This document shows, one piece after another, positions 62,988 to 64,000 of a DNA stretch of 64,000 nucleotides (its first letter is position 1; every line of letters begins with the position of its first letter). The DNA comes from Botryllus schlosseri (taxonomy: Eukaryota), in NCBI GenBank assembly GCA_051294905.1, contig CM119372.1:10356001-10420000 (forward strand), read 5' to 3'. The notes beneath the pieces are model-generated. The model did no database searches, was not told where the DNA came from, and was given only the letters and a program-made list of their open reading frames with translations. Position numbers and translations under genes: made by a program.

Positions 62988-63360
62988 CAGTGTTGGGATC
63001 AAGTCACTACCTTCGCGTCACGAGTCATCTCGAGTCATTGCACATTTTGACTCGAGTCAAGTCAATCGATTTTCAAAGGTGACTCGAGTCAAGTCAAGTC
63101 ACTCGTTTTTTGGAGGTGACTCGAGTCAAGTCAAGTCAAGTCAAGTCACGAGTCAAGTGAAAATTCAAGTCAAATTGAATTTTCGAAGTATGAGTGATCA
63201 TTCAAATTCATTATATTTTACAAGCTGTGTTAAAGAGTTCAATTGGTCATTTATCTTGAATCAAACAACGAATATAAAGTTAAATATACATGCAAAAATG
63301 CGTTGTATCGCTCACGCACACGTAGAACTCCTAATAAAATAAGTTAGTAACTGAATAGCT
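62988..63360. mobile_element. Truncated family-A MITE followed by the end of a Charlie-like MITE (CAGGGGTGTCAAAC at 63365)
   Basis: Near-identical to 7832-8190 over its length. Confidence 0.75.
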
Positions 63361-64000
63361 ACATCAGGGGTGTCAAACATACGACCCGTCAAATGATTTC
63401 ATTCGGCCCGCGAAGAAATTCTGAGTAGGGGAGATGTGGTACCGATAGATCAAAAATTGGAAAATGATCGCTGGCCTCAAAATATTCAGCCGAAAACAGC
63501 AGGTCTTTTGCTGGCTCAGCACTTTGATACAAGCTCTACCTATCGCGCACATATACATGAATATCCGTCTTTTCAAAAAATATTTATGGACGTTCAAAAT
63601 TTGTTGCTCGAACGTGTCATCGGTCCCCACCCGGTGGGTCCAATGGCACACGACCCGGGGACCTATGACACATATACCCTAAATACCTCAGATGTGACAA
63701 CTTTTCTTGCTCAGTATTATAATCTAAGCTACAGTAAGCCAAAGAAGAATGTTTGATCGCAACCGTCAAAAAATAGAATAAATATAAACTCAAATGTTGT
63801 CATAAAATCACATTTCGATTTAGGCTCGGACTTATAAATTTGATGGTACATACATATTGCCCGAAAATCGACAGTGTGACTTCCAAATACCTCGTTATAG
63901 CGATAAAACATCATATATAATTATTACATAAAGATTTTCTGTACGTAGGCATGTTTCATTTGTTTTATGATAAGTATGCTTGATTATTTTGCTTGATTTG

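Overview
Eukaryotic (animal) genomic DNA: AT-rich, CpG-retaining, with GT-AG introns and a very high MITE density. The gene set and layout suggest an invertebrate deuterostome such as an ascidian (inference only). Six protein-coding genes can be built by hand. (1) The first coding exon of MVD (-, runs off the left edge). (2) A complete 4-exon, 220-aa GNAT acetyltransferase resembling insect-type arylalkylamine/dopamine N-acetyltransferases (-, 7238-10576), almost invisible in the ORF track. (3) An intronless LRRC49 (+, 27457-30021). (4) A 5-exon SNRPC/U1-C starting only 154 nt later (+, 30176-32765), an operon-like arrangement. (5) A 7-exon aquaglyceroporin (-, 34641-44965). (6) The last coding exon of a GT10 alpha-1,3/4-fucosyltransferase (-, 57396-58001). 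The rest is mostly nested non-autonomous elements: many hAT-type MITEs with 8-bp TSDs (some carrying transposase remnants), foldback elements, a P/Galileo-like element with a 7-bp TSD, four tiny palindromic 7-bp-TSD inserts that look like P-type excision footprints, tRNA-derived SINEs and L2/CR1-group LINE 3' ends. No CRISPR, rRNA or bona fide tRNA is supported.
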